Shown piece by piece: positions 1 through 8,496 of a stretch of DNA of 64,000 bases (the stretch's first letter is position 1; each line of letters begins with the position of its first letter). The stretch spans positions 9,547 through 73,546 of the forward strand of contig MHBK01000061.1 in NCBI GenBank assembly GCA_001804865.1, given 5' to 3'. The notes beneath the pieces were generated by a model. That model was given only the letters and a program-made list of their open reading frames with translations, did not search any database and had not been told where the DNA came from. Both the position numbers and the translations under genes were made by a program. The stretch is from Lentisphaerae bacterium GWF2_57_35. Lineage in GTDB: Bacteria > Verrucomicrobiota > Kiritimatiellia > CAIQIC01 > GWF2-57-35.

Positions 1-650
1 ACCAAGTCGATCAGGTTGCGAACCGGATCGCTGCTCGGCGCCGCATTCGACGATTCCCCGCCGCTCTGCTGTTCGGACGGGGCTGCGCCTTCCTGCTGGG
101 AAGAATTGGGCCGGCCGCCATTGCCGCCGCGCTGACGGAAATGCCGCCGACGGTTCATCGGACGGCCGCGATCTCCACGATCTCCGCCCATACTGCCGCC
201 GCCATTGCCGCCGCTCAGGGCCTTGCGGAACGTAGAAACCCGCAGACTCTGTCCTCCCGATGCCAGCACCTTCGCTTCCAACTGCGCATCCGCCGTAACG
301 ACCACGACCGGCATGCGCCGCGATTCGCTCTTCAGAAGCTTCAGAAGCACATCGTTGACCGATGTGTCCTGTTCGGCAAAATATACTGTAATGCCGTTGT
401 ATTCTCCGCCGTTTTCGACCTCGCGCAGAGGCCGACCTTCGAACACGGCAATCAATCTCACCTTCTCCTGTTCGGCGAACCGCGCCAACTGTTGGAGAAC
501 TTGGACCTGCTCGCGCGGGCCGATGCGACTGCCGTTGGCTTTCTCGTCGGATATCCGGGCGGCATCCAGCAAATAAAGCCGCTTGGCGGCCTGATGCGCA
601 CTCCCGCTTCCCGATGAAAAGAAAGCCTGAATTTTATCTAACAAGCTCAT
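1..650 (-). CDS. NYN-domain (YacP-like) predicted RNA-binding/RNase protein with Gly/Arg-rich C-terminal tail; 3' end runs off the window
   Basis: Reverse-strand ORF starting at ATG 650 with GGGAG RBS 6 nt upstream and open to position 1 (not in the ORF track because it leaves the window). Translation MSLLDKIQAFF...RLYLLDAAR...RLIAVFEG...ITVYFAEQDTSVNDVLLKLL...VVVVTADAQLEAKVL resembles the YacP/NYN architecture. The overlapping + ORF 141..617 has non-protein-like composition. Confidence 0.5.
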   Translation of the reverse strand, partial: MSLLDKIQAFFSSGSGSAHQAAKRLYLLDAARISDEKANGSRIGPREQVQVLQQLARFAEQEKVRLIAVFEGRPLREVENGGEYNGITVYFAEQDTSVNDVLLKLLKSESRRMPVVVVTADAQLEAKVLASGGQSLRVSTFRKALSGGNGGGSMGGDRGDRGRPMNRRRHFRQRGGNGGRPNSSQQEGAAPSEQQSGGESSNAAPSSDPVRNLIDL

Positions 651-784
651 GCATACTCCCAATTTAACTAGAAACCCAACTACTGCTTGCGCCGGGCACG
701 TTACATGACCCGCCCTTCGACTGCAAGAACCGATTTGCGTCGCCCTCGAACGCTGCGGGGGCGCCTTCTGATCCGAGAAGATTT

Positions 785-846
785 GCCCCACGGATGGCAA
801 AGCGGTCCCACGGATCATCAAGTCTGAGATTTAAGGGTCATGCAAC
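785..846. repeat. REP-like dispersed repeat, family A (GCCCCACGGATGGCAAAGCGGTCCCACGG...TCTGAGATTTAAGGGTCATGCA), copy 1
   Basis: The reverse complement recurs at 4273..4335. The core GGGACCGCTTTGCCATCCGTGGGGC also occurs at 979..1005, ~6618..6650 (degenerate) and 6788..6813. The core contains the inverted repeat CCACGG/CCGTGG. Confidence 0.7.
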
Positions 847-880
847 CCGCCTCGAAATGGACCTGAAGGTGGCCCGGTTT

Positions 881-927
881 CTCCCTGCCCGCAACGCTTC
901 GCGTAGCGATGCGCAGGCGGGCTCTTC
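881..927. repeat. REP-like hairpin repeat, family B (CTCCCTGCCCGC-N-GCGGGCAGGGAG palindrome), copy 1
   Basis: Second copy at 32517..32568 in inverted orientation. The stem CTCCCTGCCCGC/GCGGGCAGGGAG is near-perfect in copy 2. Both copies are translated inside spurious ORFs as ...HRYAKRCGQGE... Confidence 0.65.
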
Positions 928-978
928 GTCTTTCTGAAACAGCGATGAAAGGATGACGCTCTGAATACTCTTTTATCC

Positions 979-1005
979 GTGGGACCGCTTTGCCATCCGT
1001 GGGGC
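979..1005. repeat. REP family A core copy (GTGGGACCGCTTTGCCATCCGTGGGGC)
   Basis: Exact or near-exact match to the family A core, in opposite orientation to copy 1. Confidence 0.7.
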
Positions 1006-1033
1006 AAATCTTCTCGGATTAGAAGGCAAAAAA

Positions 1034-1083
1034 TTTTCCAATCCTTGGAAAAATCGGCGTATCGTTTTCCAATCCTTGGAAAA
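1034..1083 (+). promoter_or_regulatory. Two tandem copies of a 19-bp palindrome TTTTCCAATCCTTGGAAAA (1034..1052 and 1065..1083) upstream of the CpXC gene; candidate operator or dimeric TF sites
   Basis: Direct repeat of a self-complementary 19-mer (TTTTCCAA/TTGGAAAA arms). Centres are 31 bp apart. Located 85-135 bp upstream of the ATG at 1168. Confidence 0.3.
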
Positions 1084-1167
1084 ACACCGCCGTTGCGGTT
1101 GACGGTCCCCATCCGACCGTTTAATCTCCAAGGCTTTTACGGAAGAATCTTCGTTGAGGTGGAAAGC

Positions 1168-1872
1168 ATGTCGCAGCAAAGACAATATACGATTTTGTGC
1201 CCGAAGTGCGCCCATGAGCAAACGGTGGAGCTGTACGAATCGATCAACGTGCAAGCTTCTCCGGAGTTGAAGGAGCGGCTCTTGCACAATCGGTTGAATC
1301 TGGTGGAGTGCGGCGGATGCCAGGCCTCCTTCCGCGTCGACAAGCCCCTGCTGTACAGCGACCCGGCCCTCCGCCTCATGATTTATCTGATTCCTTTGAA
1401 GGGCGCGACCGTCGAAGAGGGATGCGCGCAATTCGGCGAGTGCATCAAGCGGGTCAACGAGATCCTGCCGCAGGACATTCCCGTGCCCAGCATTCACCTG
1501 GTGTTCAGCCAGGTGGAATTGGTCGAGCGCATTTTTCTGGTGGAGTCCGGATTGAACGAACGGGTGGTCGAATACATCAAGTATCTGATCTACTCGAAAA
1601 ATGCCGGCAAGCTGGAGCCGGAAGATAAGATCCTGTTGTTCAATGCCGAAGACTCGACGCCCGAAAAGCTTTGTTTTGTCGTGCAGGACGCCAAGACCCG
1701 GCGGCTGGAATCGGTTCTGCATTTCAGCCGGGAAGTCTACCAGGATCTCCTCGATATGTTCGATTCCGACGAACACACGCCGAACCTGCTCGAACTCTTT
1801 CCCGGCCCGTACATCAATGCGCGGCTGGTGCTGCTTAAGGAGTCGGAGACGCCGGAGCCGCCTCCGGAGTGA
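1168..1872 (+). CDS. CpXC domain-containing protein (zinc-ribbon-like CPxC...CGGC pair)
   Basis: MSQQRQYTILCPKCAHEQTV...LVECGGCQASFRVDKP matches the CpXC family motif pair. GGTGGA RBS before ATG 1168. The track ORF 979..1872 extends upstream over REP elements; the internal ATG was chosen. Confidence 0.75.
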   Translation: MSQQRQYTILCPKCAHEQTVELYESINVQASPELKERLLHNRLNLVECGGCQASFRVDKPLLYSDPALRLMIYLIPLKGATVEEGCAQFGECIKRVNEILPQDIPVPSIHLVFSQVELVERIFLVESGLNERVVEYIKYLIYSKNAGKLEPEDKILLFNAEDSTPEKLCFVVQDAKTRRLESVLHFSREVYQDLLDMFDSDEHTPNLLELFPGPYINARLVLLKESETPEPPPE

Positions 1873-2575
1873 CCACGATGGGCGAAGCCGCCGTCGGGGC
1901 GGGCGCCGGAACGGCGCTGGGCGCCAAGGTCCGGGCCTGTTCCAAATAGGTCAATCCCGCTTCGGCTTGCGAAAGCCACGGGCTGGCCGGATTCGCCGCG
2001 ATAAATTCTTCGTAGATGGCTTTGGCTTCGTCGAATTGTCCCGCCTGCTCGTAGGCGCGCGCCTCGCCCAGAATGGCCATGGGCGTCAGGAAATGATCCG
2101 GATGCGCCTTGGCAAACGCCTTGAACGCTTCCGCGGCCGGCGCGGCTTGTCCGACCGCTTCCAGGCATTGGGCCAGCCCCAGTTCGGCCGTGGGGCTCAA
2201 TTCGTGCTTCGGGTAGCGCTGTTGAAACTGGCTGAAGGCGTATTGGGCGGGCTCGTACTGGCCCGCTTCGAAGGCCATGGACGCCGCCGACAGCAGCGCC
2301 AGGGGCGCCGCCTTGGTCGAAGAATACTGCGTGGCAATTTGCTGCAGCTCTTCCGCGTTGCGCGCGCTGAAGAGCATCTCGGACGCTTTTTGCTCGTTCG
2401 ACTGCTTGTAATTCCGGTAGACCGCAAAGCCCAGAAACGCCACGACCGCCACGGTCAGACCGATCAAAACCGGTTGCCCGTACTCGCGGAGAAGATCCTG
2501 AAATTGTTGTACGTTTTGTTCTTCTCCGGCTTTGTTCGTTTCCGGGGCATTGCTTGCAGGTTGTTGCTCATCCAT
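1835..2575 (-). CDS. Tetratricopeptide-repeat membrane-anchored protein (YfgM/UPF0070-like; one TM helix then TPR-like Ala-rich repeats)
   Basis: N-terminal TM segment PVLIGLTVAVVAFLGFAVY after an acidic leader, then TPR-like repeats (AQYAFSQFQQRYP..., EARAYEQAGQFDEAKAIYEEFI). AAGGA RBS upstream. Convergent 38-bp overlap with the CpXC gene 3' end. Confidence 0.6.
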   Translation of the reverse strand: MDEQQPASNAPETNKAGEEQNVQQFQDLLREYGQPVLIGLTVAVVAFLGFAVYRNYKQSNEQKASEMLFSARNAEELQQIATQYSSTKAAPLALLSAASMAFEAGQYEPAQYAFSQFQQRYPKHELSPTAELGLAQCLEAVGQAAPAAEAFKAFAKAHPDHFLTPMAILGEARAYEQAGQFDEAKAIYEEFIAANPASPWLSQAEAGLTYLEQARTLAPSAVPAPAPTAASPIVVTPEAAPASPTP

Positions 2576-2708
2576 GGTTTCATTCCTTATTTATTGAAAA
2601 ATCAGATCGCATTTATCGCTTCGCGGCTGCAAAAACTCAAGCTTTCAATGGAGTTTCTTCTTGTGAGCGCGGTTGGGAGGCGGCTAGGCTGCGTTTAACA
2701 AGGCGGTC

Positions 2709-4001
2709 ATGAACGATTTTTCACATCCCAAATCGGGGTTTCTGCAACGGTCCGAATGGGTGGCGGCAGGGCTGACGGCGTTGGCGGCCGGCCTCGTCTA
2801 CTGGCTGACGCTCTCCCCCTCGATCCCGCCCGCTTACTGCTCCGGACAATTGCTCGTCGCCGCCGATTATTTCGGCGTGGGGCGTCCGCCCGGCTATCCG
2901 GTTTGGACGCTGCTGGCCGGCCTGGCCACGAAAATCTTTCCTTTCCATTATCATGGTTATCCCAATCCGGCGTATGCCGTGAATCTGCTTTCGGCCTTCT
3001 TCGGGGCGTTGACCGCGGGAGAAATCGCGCTGCTCGTTGGTCGCGGCGGACGGCTCTTGTTCTCGTCTGAAACCCGCGGGGCGTCTTTGAATGGCGCCGT
3101 TGCCGGCTTTGCTGCCGGCCTTTGCTTTGCGCTGGGCCGTATCGTTTGGTCGCAGGCGGTAATCGCCGAAACGCACACGTTGACGTCCTTCCTGATCGTC
3201 CTGGTTCTGCTATTCGGTCTGAGGTGGGTGGAAGGTTGGAGCCCGGGCCGGTGGGTTCTCGCTTTTCTTTTCGGATTCGGCGTGGCCGCTACGCCTTTCT
3301 TTGTAGTGATGGGGCCGGTGCTTCTGGCTGTCGCGGCTTGGGTGAGCAAACGAGAATTTCGCGCGTGGATCGCAGCGACTCTTATGTGGGCGATATGGTT
3401 TTGCTGGGGGCGCTATCTGCTTCGGTTCGGGATGAGTCCAACCTTGTGGGGTCTGCTGGCGGTAGCGGTTCTGTTCGGATCGACCGCGATTTTCTCCCGT
3501 TCCAGCCGCCCGGCCGCCGCGATCTTTGGCTTGGTCTTGCTGGGGATGCTGCCCATTCTTTATTTGCCGCTGGCCGCTTCGTTCAATCCTCCCATGAACT
3601 CCGGCGATGCGCGCACCTGGGAGGGCTTTCTCCACGTCATCTCGCGCGGCCAATATGAGCGATTGGTTTTTGTGGATGTGTTTTCGTTGCGCTATCTCCA
3701 GCAACTCGGGGGCTATCTCAACTTGCTGGCTGTTCAATTCACATGGCCGATCGCGTCCATAGGCTTGGTCCCCTGCTTGTTTTTTCCTCGGTTTTCCCCG
3801 CGCGGCCGTCGATGGTTTGGGGTGATGGGGCTGGGCTTTATCGTCGCCTCGGCTGGCGTCATGACCGGCGTGAATCCGTCGCTGGATCTTCAAACCATGC
3901 TGGTCGCACAAGTCTTCTTCATCGCCTCGTTCGTCTACTACGCCGTTTTCATCGGCTGGGGCCTGCTCCTTCTCCTCCATAATCTTAAACATCGTCTTTG
4001 A
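2709..4001 (+). CDS. DUF2723-family polytopic membrane protein (TMEM260-like putative glycosyltransferase)
   Basis: N-terminus LVYWLTLSPSIPP...GVGRPPGYPVWTLL...AYAVNLLSAFFGAL matches the DUF2723 signature (YllTLaPtvsfwD...HPPGYPLf...vNllsA). Many TM helices. AAGG RBS. Confidence 0.7.
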   Translation: MNDFSHPKSGFLQRSEWVAAGLTALAAGLVYWLTLSPSIPPAYCSGQLLVAADYFGVGRPPGYPVWTLLAGLATKIFPFHYHGYPNPAYAVNLLSAFFGALTAGEIALLVGRGGRLLFSSETRGASLNGAVAGFAAGLCFALGRIVWSQAVIAETHTLTSFLIVLVLLFGLRWVEGWSPGRWVLAFLFGFGVAATPFFVVMGPVLLAVAAWVSKREFRAWIAATLMWAIWFCWGRYLLRFGMSPTLWGLLAVAVLFGSTAIFSRSSRPAAAIFGLVLLGMLPILYLPLAASFNPPMNSGDARTWEGFLHVISRGQYERLVFVDVFSLRYLQQLGGYLNLLAVQFTWPIASIGLVPCLFFPRFSPRGRRWFGVMGLGFIVASAGVMTGVNPSLDLQTMLVAQVFFIASFVYYAVFIGWGLLLLLHNLKHRL

Positions 4002-4036
4002 GAGGTCGCGGCCAAAAGAAAGCGACAAAGAGTTTT

Positions 4037-4205
4037 AACGCAAAGCTCGCAAAGCCAAGCCGCGCAAAGGCCGCAAAGAAGTCCAGCCGCAGATGGATGC
4101 GATAAAGAATTTGGAAGCCATAAAAGTCACCTAAACCACAAAAAAGAAGAGCCCCTTCCTCTCCTTTGCGACCTCTGCGCAGCTTGGCTTTGCGAGCTTT
4201 GCGTT
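4037..4205. repeat. Large imperfect hairpin with 24-bp perfect inverted arms (AACGCAAAGCTCGCAAAGCCAAGC / GCTTGGCTTTGCGAGCTTTGCGTT) and tandem GCAAAG motifs; intergenic between convergent genes
   Basis: The left arm carries 4 GCAAAG units at ~10-bp spacing. The right arm carries the complementary CTTTGC units. ~120-bp loop. Lies between the DUF2723 gene stop and the aroK stop. Confidence 0.6.
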
Positions 4206-4272
4206 GAAATTCTTCGTTGTGTTCTTTGGTTCTGGAATTTGTGTATAAAGACTTCAGGTCCGCTTCGAAACG

Positions 4273-4335
4273 GTTGCATGACCCTTAAGTCTCAGACTTG
4301 ACGATCCGTAGGACCGCCTTGCCATCCGTGGGGCC
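4273..4335. repeat. REP family A, full-length copy in opposite orientation to copy 1
   Basis: GTTGCATGACCCTTAAGTCTCAGACTTGACGATCCGTAGGACCGCCTTGCCATCCGTGGGGCC is the near-exact reverse complement of 785..846. Confidence 0.7.
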
Positions 4336-4346
4336 AATCTTTAAGG

Positions 4347-4874
4347 TTACGACTCGATGGCCTTCTCTCGGAACAACTCCAAGATGCGCTCCGCCACTTC
4401 TTCCGGCGACAGCGTCGAGGTGTCCACCCGGTGGGGAATCGCCTCGTATAAAGCCCGTCGCGATTCGAGCAGGCGGACGATGCGTTCGTTTTTTTCGCCC
4501 TGTTCCAGCAGCGGGCGATGGGTTTCCTGGGCGACGCGGCGCAAGATGACGTCGGGCGGCGCCGTCAGGCAGACGATCAACCCGTTCCGGCTGAAATCCG
4601 CGATGTTCTCCGGATTGAGCACGACGCCCCCGCCGGTGGCGATCACCCGATTCGTTTGGGCGGACAACTCCTGCACCAGCGCCCGCTCCAGACGGCGGAA
4701 GACGGGCTCCCCGTCCTGGGCGAAGATGTCCGAAATTTTGCGGCCGGCTCGCTGCTCGATGAGCGCGTCCATGTCGAGAAAGTCGCGCTGTAGTTTTGCG
4801 GCCAGGCACCGGCCTACCGTGCTCTTGCCCGTGCCCATGAAGCCGGTCAAAACGATGTTGGCCTGGGAATTCAT
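4347..4874 (-). CDS. aroK: Shikimate kinase
   Basis: MNSQANIVLTGFMGTGKSTVGRCLA... Walker A motif and overall AroK architecture, ~175 aa. Confidence 0.9.
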   Translation of the reverse strand: MNSQANIVLTGFMGTGKSTVGRCLAAKLQRDFLDMDALIEQRAGRKISDIFAQDGEPVFRRLERALVQELSAQTNRVIATGGGVVLNPENIADFSRNGLIVCLTAPPDVILRRVAQETHRPLLEQGEKNERIVRLLESRRALYEAIPHRVDTSTLSPEEVAERILELFREKAIES

Positions 4875-4879
4875 GCGTT

Positions 4880-4926
4880 AAAAAGAGAAAAGGGGCGCCT
4901 GATCGCCGATCGACAGGACCCCTTTT
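4880..4926 (-). terminator. Rho-independent terminator of the cold-shock gene (AAAAGGGG...CCCCTTTT stem followed by a T-run on the minus strand)
   Basis: Inverted repeat AAAAGGGG(4888-4895)/CCCCTTTT(4919-4926). On the minus strand the hairpin is followed by CTCTTTTTAA. Confidence 0.5.
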
Positions 4927-4941
4927 GCTTCAGCTCTTGAA

Positions 4942-5166
4942 TTAATTACTGACGGCGGCCTCGGCGACGCGAATGACGTCTTTCGCACGAGCGCCCTTGG
5001 TGTCTTCGAAAATTTCGAATTGAACCTTATCCCCTTCGCTCAATGTTTTGAACCCTTCGGATTGAATGGAGGAGTAATGAACAAATACGTCCTTATTCTC
5101 GCCGTCGGGAACAATGAAACCATAACCCTTTTTATCGTTAAACCACTTTACGGTACCACTCGCCAT
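4942..5166 (-). CDS. cspA: Cold-shock protein (CspA family, S1-like cold-shock domain)
   Basis: [34 protein letters not shown]... has the canonical RNP1/RNP2 motifs. GGGAGG RBS. Confidence 0.92.
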   Translation of the reverse strand: MASGTVKWFNDKKGYGFIVPDGENKDVFVHYSSIQSEGFKTLSEGDKVQFEIFEDTKGARAKDVIRVAEAAVSN

Positions 5167-5294
5167 AGCAACTACCTCCCTTGTACTTATGGAGCGATAT
5201 TTTTGCAGGCGTTGGATGGATTACAAGATAATAAAACCTGTTCGAAAACTTTTTTGTCGTTGGACTGCCGGAGCTTGAGAGAACCGACAGGGGA

Positions 5295-6497
5295 TTATCG
5301 TCCGGCCAGAAATCGCGTGAAGCGTTCGCCCAGCATCGACTCGATGGCCGGTTCGATTTGCCAATATCGCTTTAAATCCAGATATTCTTTCACTGCGCCG
5401 TCGTCGCCCGGCGGCAAACCCCGCTCCGCGCGGATCATCAAATTTTTCGGAGTTGCGTCGGGCGCGACAAATTCCATCGCCTGAACGCGGTAGCCCATGA
5501 TCCGCAAGACCAGCGTGCGCAAGGTATCGGTCAGGAGGTCGGCCAGCCTTTCGCGGAGGATGCCGTGCCGCAGCAGCGGCGCAAACAGCGGGGCCGAGAG
5601 CTGCCGATGCAATTCGTGCTGGCAACAGGGCGCCGCAACGATGCCGCGGCTGTTCCATAGAATGCCGCGGGCGATCGCCTCGTCGGTGGCCGTGTCGCAG
5701 GCGTGCAGGCTGAGCACCAGGTCCGGCTCCGCGCGCGGCTGGTAGTCGGCAATGGCCGCCGCTTCGAACGCGAGATCGCTCCACCCCAGCCGGTCGCGCA
5801 ATGCCTGGCACTTGGCGATGACATCCGATTTAAGATCGACGCCCTCCACCCGCGCGGGCAGGCCGCGCAGGTGATGCAGATAGTGATACAACGAAAACGT
5901 CAGCCACGCGCTGCCGCAGCCGCAATCGACCAGGAACAGGCTCCGATCGGTTTGATCGGCAAACAACGGCGCCAGCAACTCGATGAAGCCGTTCACCTGC
6001 CGGAATTTATTCCGCATGGAGGGCAGGACCTGGCCTTTTTCGTTCTGGATGCCGATGGCCTGGAGAAAAACATTGGGCCGGCCTTCTTCCAGCGCGTAGC
6101 GCCGGACCCGGTCGTGCGTCATGGCCGCCGGCTCGGTCCCCGGGCGCGACGGCGCCGAACGGCTCATCAGAACTTTGCCTTTCCGGGTGATGCGAATGTG
6201 CACATCCCCGGTTTGCTGCTGCAAGTGGAGGCGGGAAAAGGGCAGCGCCAGCGTTTTCTGCAGGCAGGCGCGCAGCTCCCGGGCCTCCAGATTCGCGACG
6301 GCGTTTTGCGTGGGCTTTTCGTAAAGCGCCTGGATGCGCCGGTCGTTGCGGATCATGACGGGACGAAAGCTGATCTTGGTGCAGTCCGTCCTCGTTGTGT
6401 CCGTCGGACCGCTCAGCGTCAGCCGCAGAAACCCGGGATCTTTCTCGACCGCCTGGACGATCAGCTCCTTGTAATCTGCCGTGTCATTCCGATTCAT
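5295..6497 (-). CDS. Class I SAM-dependent methyltransferase (Methyltransf_32-like)
   Basis: Motif I LFLVDCGCGSAWLTFSLYHYL, acidic motif II and a downstream ...SLHACDTATDEAI motif typical of this MTase clade. 400 aa. Confidence 0.65.
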   Translation of the reverse strand: MNRNDTADYKELIVQAVEKDPGFLRLTLSGPTDTTRTDCTKISFRPVMIRNDRRIQALYEKPTQNAVANLEARELRACLQKTLALPFSRLHLQQQTGDVHIRITRKGKVLMSRSAPSRPGTEPAAMTHDRVRRYALEEGRPNVFLQAIGIQNEKGQVLPSMRNKFRQVNGFIELLAPLFADQTDRSLFLVDCGCGSAWLTFSLYHYLHHLRGLPARVEGVDLKSDVIAKCQALRDRLGWSDLAFEAAAIADYQPRAEPDLVLSLHACDTATDEAIARGILWNSRGIVAAPCCQHELHRQLSAPLFAPLLRHGILRERLADLLTDTLRTLVLRIMGYRVQAMEFVAPDATPKNLMIRAERGLPPGDDGAVKEYLDLKRYWQIEPAIESMLGERFTRFLAGR

Positions 6498-6707
6498 GCC
6501 GCCACTTTACATAATCCAACGCGTAAACCTAATCTTATCTGAACGGAGGGCGGACATTCCTGTCCGCCATTCTTTGCCTTGATGCCCGACCATATGCCCC
6601 AAGAGACTGAAAAGATTGGCCCCACGGATGAAGAAAGAGACCGCTCCGGCCATGCGAAATTAAGCTCCCTTTACAAGTCGAAACCCCTTGCGAAGATCCT
6701 CATCCGT

Positions 6708-6735
6708 ATGATCACACTTTGCAAAGTGTGATCAT
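6708..6735. promoter_or_regulatory. 28-bp perfect palindrome ATGATCACACTTTGCAAAGTGTGATCAT; candidate transcription-factor operator (TCACA...TGTGA half-sites)
   Basis: Perfectly self-complementary 28-mer in the 400-bp intergenic region between the divergent methyltransferase (ends 6497) and lipoprotein (starts 6916) genes. Confidence 0.4.
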
Positions 6736-6787
6736 GGGAGTTTGGCGTTGGCGGTGGGGGAAAATAGGTCCAAATCCCGCGAATCGG

Positions 6788-6813
6788 TGGGACCGCTTTG
6801 CCATCCGTGGGCC
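6788..6813. repeat. REP family A core copy
   Basis: GTGGGACCGCTTTGCCATCCGTGGGCC. A degenerate partner lies at ~6618..6650 (GGCCCCACGGATGAAGAAAGAGACCGCT). Confidence 0.6.
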
Positions 6814-6915
6814 ATTCCTCTTTCAAGATGGCTCGCAAACGATCTCCATTTCTTCGAGCTTGTCTTAAGATTCTTGATTGCCTAATCTTCCGGCCATTAA
6901 ATAAAGGAATACACT

Positions 6916-7593
6916 ATGAATTGGACAAAATGGGCTGTTGTGGGTTGCTTGATGGGCGTGCTGTCTTTTCTTCAGGTCGGGTGTGCCACCAATCGGGGCA
7001 TTATCGATGTTCGAGTCGTTCAGCCTCAGAATCCCGCCAATTCACAAGCGGTAAAAATCGTCACGGTCCGCGATTTAAGAGTTTTTGAGCTCAAGCCTGC
7101 GAGCGCATCCATTCCTTCGTTGAAAAACGGCGAGATTAACGATGCAAGCATTACCCATAGAGCCATTGCACGAAAACGCAATGGTTATGGCAAGGCCATG
7201 GGCGACATCCTGCTGCCGGAAGGGCAGACGGTCGAAGGCTTGACGCGCGACGCATTGGCGCGGGCTTTTAAGGAAAAAGGCTATACGGTGCTCGACGCTC
7301 AGGACGCCGGCTATGACCAGGCCGAAGCCGTCGAAGCGGATATCGAACAATTCTGGGCTTGGGTCACGCCGGGCTTCTGGGCGGCCTCCCTTGAATTTGA
7401 AGCCCTCGTGAAGGTTAAAAATCCGACGATTTTTCTTACGCCCGAAGAAGCCGTTCGAGGTTCAGTCTTGCTGCACACGCAAGCGGCCGGAACCAGCGCC
7501 TGGATGAATATCCTCAACAAAGGGCTCGAAGACTTCATTCAAAAAGCGCAGGAAAAGATGAAAGAACCGAAGACCCTTTCTTCCGCCCAATGA
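6916..7593 (+). CDS. Putative lipoprotein (YajG-like); first gene of the locus A operon
   Basis: Signal peptide with lipobox (MNWTKWAVVGCLMGVLSFLQVGC). AAAGGA RBS. 225 aa. Confidence 0.55.
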   Translation: MNWTKWAVVGCLMGVLSFLQVGCATNRGIIDVRVVQPQNPANSQAVKIVTVRDLRVFELKPASASIPSLKNGEINDASITHRAIARKRNGYGKAMGDILLPEGQTVEGLTRDALARAFKEKGYTVLDAQDAGYDQAEAVEADIEQFWAWVTPGFWAASLEFEALVKVKNPTIFLTPEEAVRGSVLLHTQAAGTSAWMNILNKGLEDFIQKAQEKMKEPKTLSSAQ

Positions 7594-7630
7594 GGGATGG
7601 CTCTTCTCAAATGGCCGGCACGATAGTTGT

Positions 7631-8014
7631 ATGCATATTCGTACAGAAATAAAACAGCATATGCGTTCGTTGGATCGTGCCGGCGGTTCTCCTTCGGCCG
7701 ATTTTGTGTTTCCCGGCGCTTTTACGGGTTTCTCGGGGCATTTTCCCGGCCAGCCGGTTTTGCCGGGGGTGTGTTTTATCGAGGCGGCGGTCGCGCTGTT
7801 GGAGGCCTGGCACGGGCGCGAGGCGACGGTGCGGCAGGTCTCCAACGCCAAGTTCAGCCGCATGGTTTTGCCGGATCAGCCGGTCGCGCTCCGTTGCGTG
7901 AAATTCACGAACGACGATCACGGGGGCCGCGCGGCGATCGTGTGCGAACACGATGGCGCCAAGGCGGCGGAATTTGTCCTGGATTACGATCTCGTTCGAG
8001 ATGTGAAATCATGA
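7631..8014 (+). CDS. FabA/FabZ-like hotdog 3-hydroxyacyl-ACP dehydratase (ApeI/ApeP-like)
   Basis: FSGHFPGQPVLPGVCFIEAAVALLEA matches the FabZ HxxxGxxxxP hotdog motif (GHFPxxPVxPGV). Confidence 0.7.
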   Translation: MHIRTEIKQHMRSLDRAGGSPSADFVFPGAFTGFSGHFPGQPVLPGVCFIEAAVALLEAWHGREATVRQVSNAKFSRMVLPDQPVALRCVKFTNDDHGGRAAIVCEHDGAKAAEFVLDYDLVRDVKS

Positions 8015-8496
8015 CGCTATCCCGAAAGAAATTTATTTTTGTTTCGTCGCCGTCGGACCCGCCCCCGATCGTCTGCGAGATTCGCCGCCGCATCTTGTTC
8101 CACGAAGTGGATGTCATGGCGGTCGTCTGGTTCGGCAACTACTGCAAGCTGATCGACGAGGCGGCCTCGCGCCTGAGCCATGTCACGGGCTTGACCTTCG
8201 ACGAGTTCAAACGCGCCGGCATTATGGCGCCGGTGAAGCACATGAACATCGATTACAAGCTCCCCCTGACGATGGGCGAGGAGGTCAGGGTCCGCGCCGC
8301 CATGATCTGGAGCGATGCGCTGCGAATCAACATCGAGTTTACGATGATCAAGGAGGACGGGCGTACGGCCGCCGTCGCCCACATGATCCAACTGTTGATG
8401 GATGCGCATTCGCAGTTGCCCATTTTTGTCGAGCCGCCGTTGTTCGAGGCGTTTCGCGGGCGCTGGCGACGGGGAGAAATTGAGTCGCTTTCATGA
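8011..8496 (+). CDS. 4HBT/YbgC-type acyl-CoA/acyl-ACP thioesterase (ApeK-like)
   Basis: RILFHEVDVMAVVWFGNYCKLIDEAASR is the characteristic hotdog thioesterase N-terminal motif. ATG overlaps the upstream stop (ATGA). Confidence 0.7.
   Translation: MTLSRKKFIFVSSPSDPPPIVCEIRRRILFHEVDVMAVVWFGNYCKLIDEAASRLSHVTGLTFDEFKRAGIMAPVKHMNIDYKLPLTMGEEVRVRAAMIWSDALRINIEFTMIKEDGRTAAVAHMIQLLMDAHSQLPIFVEPPLFEAFRGRWRRGEIESLS

Noticed and set aside
141-617. + strand ORFs 141..617 and 205..576 at the window start
   Set aside because: Non-protein-like composition. The opposite strand encodes a convincing NYN/YacP-like protein with a good RBS.
979-1167. N-terminal extension of the CpXC ORF (track start 979), and likewise 30714..31205 for the methyltransferase and 33960..34115 for darB
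   Set aside because: The extensions are translations of REP elements (the same peptide strings recur wherever the repeat occurs). Internal ATGs with RBS give family-typical N-termini.
973-4028. Long shadow ORFs 973..1776(-), 1601..2698(+), 3210..4028(-), 2721..3176(-)
   Set aside because: Overlap convincingly annotated genes on the other strand or frame. Arg-rich low-complexity translations.
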